A stretch of 64,000 nucleotides of DNA, from NCBI RefSeq assembly GCF_009914755.1, contig NC_060927.1. One strand, given 5' to 3'. Under the pieces are notes generated by a model, which saw only the letters and a list, made by a program, of their open reading frames with translations, searched no databases and had not been told where the DNA came from. Source of the DNA: the human T2T-CHM13v2.0 reference genome, Homo sapiens. Position numbers and translations under genes: made by a program. This document shows positions 18,576 to 30,720 of this stretch, one piece after another (the first letter of the stretch is position 1; each line of letters begins with the position of its first letter).

Positions 18576-18934
18576 TTGGGAATTATCTGGAAACTAGTGA
18601 GGTCAATGGTTGGGCAGCTGAGTTGATCTCCAGATAGTTACATGATGACAGACTCAATGTATTTGGACCTAGGGTGTCCACTTCCTCTCCTGGCACCTTA
18701 ACATTACAGCATGCATGCTTCGTCTCCAACAGGTTTTTGGAAGATGTAGCTCTAGGGGCATCTTTGCTTGGGGTGTCATGAGAAGCAAAATCAAAAGCAA
18801 GCAGACAGGATTCCTATACTCCCTTCCTTTTTATAAAAAATTTTTTGATACTTTTCACAGAGAAGAAAAGGAAAATGTTCCTCTTGGTAGTGCCAAGCTA
18901 GGAGAAGGCAATAGGAAGGAAGTGTGGCATGTTA

Positions 18935-19058
18935 TGTACTGAGCTCTTAGTGTGTGCTGTGCACTGTGCTTTGTTTCAATTAATCTTCACAATGATTGCA
19001 TGAGGTAGTTACTATTACTGCCCCCATATTGCAGATGAGGAAACGGAGGCTCAACAGG
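18935..19058 (-). mobile_element. MIR
   Basis: TAATCTTCACAA..GAGGTAG..CCCATATTGCAGATGAGGAAACGGAGGCTCA. Confidence 0.8.
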
Positions 19059-19087
19059 CATATTTTTCTAGAAGAGCCTGACCTTAT

Positions 19088-19279
19088 TGTAGAAAAAAAC
19101 CCCCAGGCTTTAGAGCCAGGCAGCTAAATGTTCAAGCCCCAGCTCTACTGGCTACATGACCTTGGGCAAGTTACTTAGCTTTTTGGAGCTTCAATGTCTG
19201 TAAAATTGGGATAACAACACTGCCATTCAGGGCTAGAATCAAGGTTAAGTGAGATCCCCTTGTATGTAAATGTCTGACA
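19088..19279 (+). mobile_element. MIR (3' end probably displaced to ~22725-22773 by the L1ME insertion)
   Basis: GGCTTTAGAGCCAGGCAG..TGACCTTGGGCAAGTTACTTAG..TCTGTAAAATTGGGATAA; tail TAGTAAGTGCTCAATAAA at ~22750. Confidence 0.75.
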
Positions 19280-19558
19280 ACTTCACAAGGGAATATCTTC
19301 AAATGGCCAATAAACGTATCAATAACTGCTTAAGTTCATTAGTCATCAGGGAAGTGTAAATTAAAACCACAATGAGATACCACAGCATACCCACCAAAAT
19401 GGATAAAATTAAAGATTGACAATATCAAGTGTCAGCAAGGAAGTTAAGTAATTACAACTCTTGTGCTGCTGGTTGGAAGTGTAAATTTGAACAAAGCCTT
19501 TGGAAACTTGTTTGGCAGGCTCTACTGAAGCTGAAATTATGCATACCCCATGACCCAG

Positions 19559-21814
19559 TGTATTAGTCCATTCTCACACTGCTATAAGGAACTGCCCAAG
19601 ACTGGGTAATTTATAAAGGAAAGAGGTTTAATTGACTCACATGTCCACATGGCTGGGGAAGCCTCAGGAAACTTGCAATCATGGCAGAAGACACCTATAC
19701 AGGGTTGTAGAAGAGATAATGAGTGCTGAGTGAAGGGGGAAAACCCTTATAAAACCATCAGATCTTGTGAGAACTCACAATCATGAGAACAGTATGAAGG
19801 AAACCACCCCCAAGATTCAATTATCTCCATCTGGTCCCACCCTTGACACATGGGGATTATTACAAATTCAAGGTAAGATTTGGGTTGGGACACATAGCCA
19901 AACCATATCATTCTGTCCCTGGCCACTCCCAAATCTCATGTCCTCACATTTGAAAACAAAATCATGCCCTTCCAACAGTCCCCTAAAGTCTTAACTCATT
20001 CCAGCATTAACCCAAAAGTCCAAGTCCAAAGTCCCATCTGAGACAAGGCAAGTCCCTTCCACCTATGAGCCTGTAAAATCAAAAGCAAGTTAGTTACTTC
20101 CAAGATACAATGGAGGTACAGGCATTAGGAAAATACATCCATTCCAAATGGGAGAAATCGGCCAAAACAAAGGGGCTACAGGCCCCATGCAAGTCTGAAA
20201 TCCAATAGGGCAGTCATTAAACCTTAAAGTTCCAAAATGATCTCTTTTGACTCCCTGTCTCACATCCAGGTCACACTAATGCAAGAGGTGGGTTCCCATG
20301 GCCTTGAGCAGTTCCAGCACTGTGGCTTTGCAGGGTACAGCCCCCCTCCCAGCTGCTTTCACAGGCTGGTATTGAGCGATTACAGCTTTTCCAGGTGCAC
20401 AGTGCAAACTGTCAGTGAACCTACTATTCTGGGGTCTGTAGGATGGTGGCCCTCTTCTCACAGCTCCACTAGGCAGTACCTCAGTGGGGACTCTGTGTGG
20501 GGGCTCCAAGCCCACATTTCCCTTCTGCACTGCCCTAGCAGAAGTTCTCCATGAGGGCTCCACCCCTGCAGCAAACTTCTGCCTGAACATCCAAGCATTT
20601 CCATACATCCTCTGAAATATAGTTGGAGGTTCCCAAACCTCAATTCTTGCCTTCTGTGCACCCACAGGCTCAACACCACATGTAAACTGCCAAGGTTTGG
20701 GGCTCACACCTTCTGAAGCTATGACCAGAGCTGTCCCTTGGCCCCTTTTGGCCACAGCTGGAGCTGAAGCAGCTGGGATGCAGGGCACCATGTCCTGAGG
20801 CTGCACAGAACAGGGGGTCCCTGGGCCTGGCCCAGGAAACCACTTTTCCCTCTTTGGTCTCTTGGCCTGTGAGGAGAGGGCTGCCATGAAGTTCTCTGAC
20901 ATGCTCTGGAGACATTTTCCCCATTGTCTTGGTGATTAGCATTCAGTTCCTCATTAGTTATGCAAATTTCTGCAGCAGGCTTGAATTTCTCCCCAGAAAA
21001 TGGGTTTTTCTTTTCTATTGCATAGTCAGGCTGCAAATTTTCCAAACTTTTATGCTCTGCTTCCTCTTGAACACTTTGTTGCTTAGAAATTTCTTCTGCC
21101 AGACACCCTAAATCATCTCTGTCAAGTTCAAAGTTCCACAGATGTCTAGGGAAGGGGCAAAATGCTGCCAGTCTCTTTGCTAAAGCATAACAAGAGTCAC
21201 CTTTGCTCCAATTCCCAACAAGTTCCTCATCTCCATCCGAGACCACCCCAGGCTGGACTTCATTGTCCATATCACTATCAGCATTTTGGTCAAAGCCATT
21301 CACCAAGTCTCTAGGAAGTTCCAAACCTTCCAACATTTTCCTGTCTTCTGAGCCCTTCAAACTGTTCCGACCTCTGCCTGTCACCAAGTTCCAAAGTTGC
21401 TTCCATGTTTTCAGATATCCTTATAGCAGCACCCCCCAATCCTGGTACCAATTTACTGTATTAGTCTGGTCTCACGCTGCTGTAAGGAACTTCCCAAGAC
21501 TGGGTAATTTACAAAGGAAAGAGGTTTAATTGACTCACAGTTCTGCATGGCTGGGAAGGCCTCAGGAAACTTAACAATCATGGCAGAAGGCACCTCTTCA
21601 CAGGGTGGCAGGAGAGAGAATGAGTGCCAGGTGAAGGGGGAAGCCCCTTATAAAACCATCAGATCCCATGAGAACTCACTCACTATCATGAGAACAGTTT
21701 GGGGGAAACCTCTCCCATGATTCAGTTATCTCCACCTGGTCCTGCCCTTGACACATGGGGATTATTACAATTCAAGGTGAGATTTGGCTGGGAACACAGA
21801 GCCAAGCCATATCA
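19559..21814 (-). mobile_element. Complete THE1D MaLR element (LTR 19559-19910, internal 19911-21456, LTR 21457-21814)
   Basis: Two TG..CA LTRs flanking ~1.55 kb THE1-int; 5-bp TSD CCCAG/CCCGG; internal ORF remnant GSEDRKMLEGLELPRDLVNGFDQNADSDMDNEVQ. Confidence 0.93.
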
Positions 21815-21983
21815 CCCGGCAACTTCATTTCTGAGCATATACCCAAAAGAAGTTAAAGTTCATGTTTACCAGGAGACATAGAAGAATATTCATAGCACTA
21901 TTCATAATATCAAATAAATGAGAAAAATCTCAAATGATCATCCAAAGAAGACTGATTAAACAAACCTATTGTGATGGAATACT

Positions 21984-22029
21984 ATTACTTTTAACATCAA
22001 AAACTGCAATTACTTTTGTACCAACCTAA
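21984..22029. mobile_element. Half MADE1 (Hsmar1-derived MITE)
   Basis: ATTACTTTTAACATCAAAAACTGCAATTACTTTTGTACCAACCTAA followed by TA. Confidence 0.85.
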
Positions 22030-22115
22030 TATATGATGGAATACTATTCAGCAACAAACTACTGATATATGCATGGATGAGTTTCACAGATATGATGAGT
22101 AAAAGAGCTAGACAA

Positions 22116-22658
<543 letters not shown>

Positions 22659-22849
22659 TCATTGAATGGCACATATAAAATCTGTGGACATTATTGTATG
22701 TAAGTTGTATGGCATGCACAAAATGTTAAGAGATAATGTATCTGGTATATAGTAAGTGCTCAATAAACATTAGAAAGTTTCCTTGCCTTCTTGTCTCCTG
22801 GAGAAAAGTACAAAATGTGGCTTACCTGAGTTCCATCCACAAACATATA

Positions 22850-23420
22850 TGATTTTCCACTGAGGGGACATGTTCAGGAGGGAGACAGGGCCTCATGCAG
22901 AAAGCTGGGATACTACACAGACAGTGTGAAGTGCTCCCACAGGGGAACAGGCAGGCAGCATGTGAATGGACATGGGTAGAAAAAGATTCACTGCTACTGT
23001 GTGGCTGTAGGAAGAGTTGTGGAGGAGGTGTGACATTCCAGACAGGAGATGGTGAGGCAGGAGAGCAAGATGTGGAAGGGAGAGAGTTCAGGCCACTTTT
23101 ATGGAGAGTTGCTCTGTTTAACCAGGGTGTGCAAGGAAGTGTGGTGGGGTAGGAGAGCTGGGAGCATGGGAGTGGGGCAAATCATGAAAAGACTTGAGTG
23201 CCAGGATGAGCAGTGTGGACTTGATTCCCTTGGTGATGGGGAGCTTTGACGTTTCTGAGTCACATTGTCAGGCCTGTGTTTTCATGATTACCCTGGTGAA
23301 TGAATGTTGCATGCATTGTTGTGAGTAGAAACTGCAAGAGGGGAGACTGAGTCTCACCCAGAGAGAGTGGTTCAGAGCAGAGGGTTAGGGTGGTTGCCAT
23401 AGGCCGGGAGGGTATAGGAC
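22850..23420 (-). mobile_element. L2 fragment
   Basis: GGGGCAAATCATGAAAAGACTTGAGTGCCAGGATGAGCAGTGTGGACTTGATTC..TGGGGAGC. Confidence 0.7.
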
Positions 23421-23559
23421 TCATATGTTTTGGGGCTACTCTTATCCACACCCTGCCAGGAAAGCCCAGCTTATTCTATAGCCAATAGCCCAGAACCTAG
23501 AGCAAGAGTTTGTTTTGCATCAGGAATGCTGGCTTAAGTGTGATTTCCCAGAGACAGGG

Positions 23560-24302
23560 ATACTTGTCCATTTATTTCAGCCAGGGTGGAGGTGGCGGTG
23601 GGGAGGAGGAATCTTGTAGAAGAAGAGGAGTGAGGGAAGCAGGGTGGGGCATTGGGAGGAGCTAAGAATGGGTGGGGTCCCAGCTAAATCTTTATCACCC
23701 TCATCCCATGGGGAGCTGTGAATTACACTCTAGAAGGGATCTCATTTTGAGGCAAGAGGGCCGCATTTTTTTTTTTTTTTAGACGGTGTTTTCCTGTTGT
23801 TGGCCTGGGCTGGAGTGCAATGGCATGATCTTGGCTCACTGCAACCTCTGCCTCCCAGATTCCAGCAATTCTTCTGCCTCAGCCTCCCCAGTAGCTGAGA
23901 TTACACGTGTCCACCACCACACCTGGCTAATTTTTGTATTTTTAGTAGAGGTGGGGTTTCTCCATGTTGGCCAGGCTGGTCTTGAACTCCTGACCTCAGG
24001 TGATCTGCCCATCTTGGCCTCCCAAAGTGCTGGGATTACAGGCGTAAGCCACCGTGTCCGGCCAGGGGGCAGTATTTTTTTTTATCCCTCTGTCAGTCAC
24101 CAGTTGCAATTGTCCCTGGTTGGGGAGGTAAGGATTGTAACCACCTGGACAAGGCAGGTCCTTTGGTTCAGAGCAGTTCTCTGGAGAAGGTGCAGCAGTG
24201 AGCCATTAGCAGGCAATATACACTGTGGCAGGGGCATAGATACACTAGCATGGAAAGAATAAAAAGATAAAAATCATGATAGGGCACCACACATCCATAA
24301 TA
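23560..24302 (-). mobile_element. LTR16-group ERVL solo LTR, split by an Alu
   Basis: CCCATGGGGAGC..TTGAGGCAAGAGGG..GCAGTTCTCTGGAGAAGGTGCAGCAGTGAGCCATTAGCAG..GGCACCACACATCCA. Confidence 0.6.
23766..24063 (-). mobile_element. AluSq/Sp-like
   Basis: Full Alu; degenerate TSD AGAGGGCCGCATTTTT/AGGGGGCAGTATTTTT. Confidence 0.93.
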
Positions 24303-24439
24303 GCTCCTGTCCCTGAAGGGGATGTCCCTCAAAACTGATTTTACCTTTCCTTCTGGTGTGAGGGCTTTTCTGGGCCATTCAGCTTGAGCTGGCCACCCCC
24401 ATCCTTTACCTCCTGTCAGTCCTTTGGCCATCCCATTAT

Positions 24440-24590
24440 CACCCCATTGTCATTGACTCTTTACCTGCCTGTCTCCTCCACGAGGCAGAGCTCCTTGAGG
24501 GCAGAGCCTGGCCCTGCCCACCTCATTATCCCTCTCAGCCCCAGAGTCTGGCACCATCCTTGGCACAGAGGAGACAAATGCGACATTCCT
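24440..24590 (+). mobile_element. L2 3' end
   Basis: GTCTCCTCCAC..GAGCTCCTTGAGGGCAGAG..CCCCAGAGTCTGGCAC..TGGCACAGAGG. Confidence 0.7.
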
Positions 24591-27141
24591 GAGTGTCACG
24601 GGTCCCCTGCCTTGGTAATCCTGGTCTCTATGCCCTCCCCCCACATCCTCAAGTCAAGGTTGCTGACTAAATCCTGAGCTGGGGAGATTTGATGAGCCAC
24701 CTGTGAAAACCAGGTAACAATCAGCTGAATTGAGAGTCTTCAGCCTTGTTTTTTCATTATATATGCTTTAAAAAAGTTTATTTTAAATGAATTGTATGAC
24801 AAATTTCTTCTCCCTTCTCCAGAATGGCACAGTGGAAGACAATTTTGCTGTTCCCCTCTTGGAGAGAGGAAAAAACCCAGGAGATCTTAAAGTCGAGTAA
24901 TTATTTCCATCAGCAGGAAATCAGAACTCTGTGTTTGAACTAAACAGGTACTGGGAAAGGCTGACTGTTTAATTTCCTTTAAATGCCATTTTGATGTATT
25001 CAGTGCTGACAGAATCACTTTGGGTGTTGGGGAACGAAAGAGAGGTTAATGAGGAGAAAGGAAAGATGTGACAGAGACACAGAAAGCTGGTGAAAAGGTG
25101 ATATGTAAGAGAGAGATTTTGGTGTTATCTGGCAACTGCTTGGGAATCCAGGCACACACACAGCCTGACACCCTTCCCTACCTATTAGGCTTCTGAGTTA
25201 TGGAGAAGCTGGCAAGGCCTAGGATAATTCAGCCTCTCAGAGACACACTGTGATTACTTCCTGGAATGAGTAGTAGGTGGTTAGTCACAACCTCCTCAGG
25301 TGGACATCTCTCTCTGTCTCTAAGGAAAGCCACTTTGGGAGCTGCAAAAACTTTAGGCTCTGCAGCTGCAAGGTGCTGGATGAGTGAGTGTGCCCATCAA
25401 ACAGTCAAATGAGGGTCTGGGGAATCTGAGAGACCATGTGTCATTCATCTTATGTAACTGATACTTCAGGGTAAGTTGAGAAGGAGAAAAATGAGTCTTC
25501 AAGGAACTTCTGGTCGCCCCTTGTGTTCTTTTTCTTCTTTTGTCAATGCCTATAGGTGTCTTCTGTTACTACTCAATTTCTTAATCTTAAACCTTGTTTT
25601 TATAATAGCATTTAATTTAAAAATGAAATTCAAATGTGTTAAGCATCTCCATGTGCAAGTCCCTTGGCTAATCGCTGGGATTCAGAGACCACAGTTTTAT
25701 AGGGCACACAGACATGTTAATAGACATGGTATTAAGGAGGAAGATGCTCTTTGCTGTGTTGGGGCCAAGGTAAAGTCTGGAGAGTCTGGTTAGTTTAAAG
25801 CTTTCTGGGCAGAGAGACCAGCTTGCACAAAGCCCTGGAGGTCTAAACTCCATCCTGGATTCAGGGCTGTCCAAGGAGTTGGATATGTTGGAGAATGAGG
25901 TCAGAGTGTGTGGAGGTGAGGGGTGTAGCTAAAGAGCTTAGCAGAGACCTTGTCATAAAAGGCCTTTCAAAGAACCTCTGAATGAAGGAGCAAAGGTCAG
26001 AAGAGGCTTAATGAATGGCATTTGTCAATTGTAATAGCTGGGAGTCGAGATGACAAAGAATTGAAGCCGGCTGACAGTGGGATTTCAGCAATCAAGGCAC
26101 TGGTTGAGTGAGTTTTCTCTCGGGCAAGGAAGTTTCCCTAGCTCCCCTTATGTCACTCACACAGGCAATTCTGCCTGTTGGTAGAACTTTTTTTTTCCTG
26201 CCAGGTACAGCTGATAATACCTGAGTTCAAGCAGAGAAGAAAGGGGATGACCAAAAGCCAAATAACTTGGGAAAGAATGGCCCATTTTTTCCCTAGAACA
26301 CTGTGAGTAGTGAGGCCTTCTGCTCACATTTGACTGACAGGGCCTTCCAGAAATTACAAAAATGTTATCAAATTTACAAAAAATTGGTAGCTTGGTCGTT
26401 AGCTACACAAATAATGTAGTCTTAAATGCCTATTATGTGTTAGGTTTTGCACATATTGTTTCTTCTGTCACCTGGAAGCTTTTCTCATTCTCCCTTTATT
26501 TTATTCCATTCTCAGCAGTTCTCATCTTTCCCCCTCAATTCCCAGTTCCATTACTGAGAATTAGGGAAGACTGTCCTATATCATTACACCGGCTGGGATA
26601 TTTGTGGTGGTGGTGGCTATTGATGACATGATGATGTTGATGTGATGATTATGATGATTAGGAAGAAATTATAATCCTGGGATGAAGTCAATCATGAGGG
26701 AAGTAGGTTGCAGCAATCACAACAAGCACCTGGTATCTTGATTCCAGCCTAGTTCTGTGTTCACTGTTATTAGTAAATTATATGGTGGGTATGAAGGAGC
26801 TGGATCAAATTTCTACCAACTCCATTCTCCATCTTGGAAATTTCTTATCCAAACAAATCTCCGATGCTTTGTTTGATTTTAGTGGATAAAACATAGATAA
26901 AGAATGATTTTGTAATACCTGTGCCTATTACAGTCCCTGAGTCATGGTTGATATACCACATATGTTTGTTTAATAAATAGAAGAAAGGCAGAATGAACCA
27001 AAAGATTGGGTTCTGATATCTTCCCTTGGGTGTAGATTCTAGTCCTTGGGAGCTTTCTGTATCCTGAATCACTTCAGGCTGCTTCTGAACTAGCTCTGGA
27101 ATATACCAAATTGGATTAGTCGCCATATATTTATTGACCAC

Positions 27142-27508
27142 TGATATGGTTTGGTTCTGTGTCCCCACCCAAATCTGACCTCGAACTGTAATCCCCATGT
27201 GTCAAAGGTGGGAACAGGTGTAGGTAATTGGATCATGGGGGTTGGTTTCCCCCATGCTGTTCTTGTGATAGTAAGTTCTCACAAGATCTGATGGGTTTAT
27301 AAGCATCTGGCATTTCCTCAGCTTGCACTCCTTCTGTCCTGCCACCCTGTGAAGAAGGTGCCTGCTTTTCCTTTGCCTTCCACCATGATTGTAAGTTTCC
27401 TGAGGCCTCCCCAGCTATGCGGAACTGTGAGTCAATTAAACCTCTTTCTTTTATGAATTACTCAGTCTCGGGTATTTCTTCAAAGCAGTGTGAGAATAGA
27501 CTAATACA
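27142..27508 (+). mobile_element. THE1D-like solo LTR inserted in an L2 tail
   Basis: TGATATGGTTTGG..GTCCCCACCCAAATCT..CATGATTGTAAGTTTCCTGAGGCCTCCCCAGC..GTCAATTAAACC..GACTAATACA; flanks rejoin as L2 ATTTATTGAGCACCTACTATGTGC. Confidence 0.92.
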
Positions 27509-27809
27509 AGAACCTACTATGTGCTCAGGACAAGAGGACTGAGAAATACCAAAGTGCCTCAGGCCATGGACTCTTGTGATTCCACTGGGACAGAGCTTCT
27601 TTGTGTTCTATTTATTGACAGAACTAACTCCCTGCTTCACTTGTTTTGGCACAAGCCTTATTCATTCCTAAATCTCTAGTGCATCAAGAATCCTATGGCT
27701 CAATAAAGCTTTGATGAGTGGATGACTGGTACTCACAAAATCATTTGTAAATACAGGTTGGGGACAAGCCATTTGTGGGTCTAACATTAATGACTGTATC
27801 TTCCAGGAT

Positions 27810-27980
27810 TTGAGGGTGTGTGAGTTGACTTAGGCTGAGCAAAACAGATCTTGCTTCTTCCCTGAATTGTTTTGAGACCTTAGACAATCCGTGGCTGAAA
27901 TAAGCCTCTTTTCAGCATCTGTAAATGAGAGATTTGGATCATCACTTCCCTAATATCCTTTCCAGCTTAAATATACTAAT
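27810..27980 (+). mobile_element. MIR3-like fragment
   Basis: CATCTGTAAATGAGAGATTTGGA..TAATATCCTTTCCAGCTTAAA. Confidence 0.5.
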
Positions 27981-28734
27981 ATTTTAAGTCTATTAATAGG
28001 AATTTCTGGAACTCTGGGTTCAAAGATGTAAAAAAATGTGAGCCCTCAGGGTCGTGACAGGATGCAAAAGACCTGAAAAGAGTACCTGGTGCTTAGAACT
28101 TCCTTCTACCTTGCTTAGTGCTTATTTTTGTTCCTTGTAAAATAGACAGGAAAACCCACTGTCTACTCTGGGGTGCTATGGCAATTAATTAGTTAATGTT
28201 TGTGAGGTACAAAAGGAACAAAAAGTGCTGCATGTAAAGAAGTCATATAAATGCTAAGTGTTGTTGTTTTTCATCTGATTCTTCTCCATTCTATTTCAGT
28301 TTCATATCAGAGTAGTCATAACAGCATCAGTTGGGGCTCCTCTGGCTAATTATGCTGCCAATAAAAGGGAAAAAAATTTCCCTTTTAAATTTCCATTTTA
28401 ATTTCTCTCTGCCTATGACTCCTCCTCCCTTTTCTCTAGTGTGTTGTTCATAGTTGTTAACTACTCAGGGGTCAGTAAAAGTAAGCACTTCTATTATTCT
28501 CCACACTCATCGCAGTCTGTGAGACACCAACACTCTCCTCCGAGGCAGCAGATGGCACTTTAGTGCTTATTGGGCAAAAACTGTGGAGGATACACAAATG
28601 TCTCAAGTGGATCTCTACCCTCCAGGGGCTCCTATTTGTGGGAAAGGTAGAGGCCAGCCCCGTCTCCTGTCACAGGGAGAATGTGACAAGCTTGGTGGGG
28701 GTAAGGCAGTGGGGTTCTTGATGGGCCACACAGT

Positions 28735-29244
28735 AAATCCTGGAATAATTGATACCTACACAATAATGCCATGTAACAAAACAACCTCAGACTCAGTGGC
28801 TTAAAACAATTTGCATTTATTTAGTCTAAGAGGCTGCAGGTTGGTGATTTAGACCTGGCTCAGCTGGGTGGCTTCTTTGATCTCAGCTGGTTGTGATCTC
28901 ATGTTTGGGGGTCAGCTGGCTATTGGCAGAGGTAGGCTGTCCTTGGAAGGGATGGCTGGAGAGACTGAACTCTGCCCCACCATTCCATCATCCAGTTGGT
29001 TAGTATGGGTGTGTCCTTCCTAGGATATTGCAGAAGTGTGAGAATGAGAGGGACATCTGCAAGGCATCCCGAGGCCTAGGCTGAGAAGTGGCACATCCTT
29101 ACTTTTGCTTATTCAAATGGCCAAAGAAAGTCATATGATTGAGCTCACATTTGGGAAGGGGCAGGGGGCAGAATGCACATGGCAAAGGGTGGGATACAGG
29201 AAGGGGTGAGGAATTGGGGCTATTAATGCAATCAACCTGACACA
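28735..29244 (-). mobile_element. MLT1H/G-type MaLR solo LTR
   Basis: TGTAACAAAACAACCTCAGACTCAGTGGCTTAAAACAA..GAGGCCTAGGCTGAGAAGTGGCACA..GGCCAAAGAAAGTCATATG..GAATTGGGGC. Confidence 0.8.
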
Positions 29245-30279
29245 ACATGGGATTACTGACAGCCTTGCCCCAGTGCTCTTCACCCTGCCAGCTGTCCACT
29301 TCCTCATCTCCAGAAGAACCGAGGGGAGCCTCTTCAACTGTCAATGAAGTGGCATGTGCTGTGACTCGATGCTGACCAGGACCTCCAAGAAGGCCTTGTG
29401 GAGCTTGATCAGAAACCCTGGCAGGCTGGGTGTGACATCAGGAGAGGGAGGTAGAACAGCAAGAGAAAAAGCTTACTGGCAGGGGAGCTAAAGGGGTGTT
29501 GGAGGGTAGTGTGGTGTGGCTGGAGGAGGGTATATGGGAGAGAAGTCTGGATACTCAATAGAGATGAGTGGATTATGGCAAACCAAACCCAGATTGTATT
29601 ATGTGTTCACTGGCTGGGATGTGGGGAAGTCAGTGGTTAGCTAATGTGTGGACCTCTTTTTGGGGAGTCTGATTATAGAATCAGTGTAGAGGCTGGGAAT
29701 ATAAGTATTATGTACTAAAATATGGCTTCCACTTCCAAAGTTGAGCCTCATGACCATGAGGATCTTTCTTATAAAACAGCTGTGTTGAGTCAGCATGCAT
29801 TGTGGAGTATAATCACAAAACAATTAAATGTTTTTTGGTTCTCACTGTTTTGCTAAATATATTTGGTAGAAGCAGTCCTTCCTCTAGCCTTGGTTGACAG
29901 TTCAAGTGGGCTTAATGACTTCTTCAGTTACTCTGGGTAGTACAAGGTCCTCTGGGGTTAGTAATTCAATGTCCACTTCCTATGGAGGAGTCAAAACTTT
30001 GAACTCGGTTTAGTGTGATACATCCCCCATTTTGCATTTTCTGTTCTGCCAGCTAAGTGCTGCTGAGGAGAAGGAAGGAAAAGGAATGTGGATGGTTTCT
30101 TCTTGTCTCCTGTGACTTCAGTGCCTACCCTTTCTACCCCCAACTTGTTAATCACAGTTTCTGCTGGTCTAGGGTTTAAAGAATGGAGAAGAGGTGAGGA
30201 GCACAGGAGCATTTTTACTTGATGGGCACTGGTGCAGCCTGGCTAGCATTCTTTCTGACTCCTTCTCTTGGGTTCTGCA

Positions 30280-30720
30280 GACATCCTGTGTTAGGTTGGG
30301 TGCAAAGTGGTGGGGAAATGTGGATGGGGAAGGATGGGAAGCCAAGTAAGGGTGTGGTTTCAGGCAAAATCCCATGGAGATTGAGTGGATTACGAAGGGC
30401 ACTCTGGAGTGTAAATCACACCTCAGCGTTTGTCCTGATTTAAGGCAAAGAAGCTGGGCTTTCACGTGCCTCCACCTATCCCATGAGGCACTGGCTAGGC
30501 GTAATAATGGGAGTGGAATATGCAGGGATCCAAATTCCCAGGGGCTTTCAGCAATTTCCTCCTGAAGGGAAAGCAACTTCAACTCGAACGCAACCCTCCA
30601 AAGAGAGTTGCAGATGCAGGCTGTTACAAGCAAAAGCACATAGAGGCTGGGAAATAAACGGGCAAAAATGGTAAAAGGAATCCAAGGAATATGGTGATGT
30701 GCTGACAGTACCCTGGCATT
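30280..30720 (-). mobile_element. LTR16-group ERVL solo LTR
   Basis: CAGGCAAAATCCC..CTCTGGAGTGTAAATCACACCTCAG..GGCAAAGAAGCTGGGCTTTCA..GCAAAAGCACATAGAGGCTGGG..GGTAAAAGGAATCC. Confidence 0.6.

Noticed and set aside
20276-21387. 208- and 222-aa ORFs as host genes
   Set aside because: They lie wholly within THE1-int and match the MaLR internal ORF remnant
23786-24262. Alu-derived ORFs (also 2743-3220, 55401-55808, 61721-62194)
   Set aside because: Standard Alu translations such as [19 protein letters not shown]; no evidence of coding function
30291-30308. TTAGGTTGGGTGCAAAGT resembling a MADE1 TIR start
   Set aside because: Only ~18 bp with indels, no TA duplication and no partner arm; chance match or unassignable remnant
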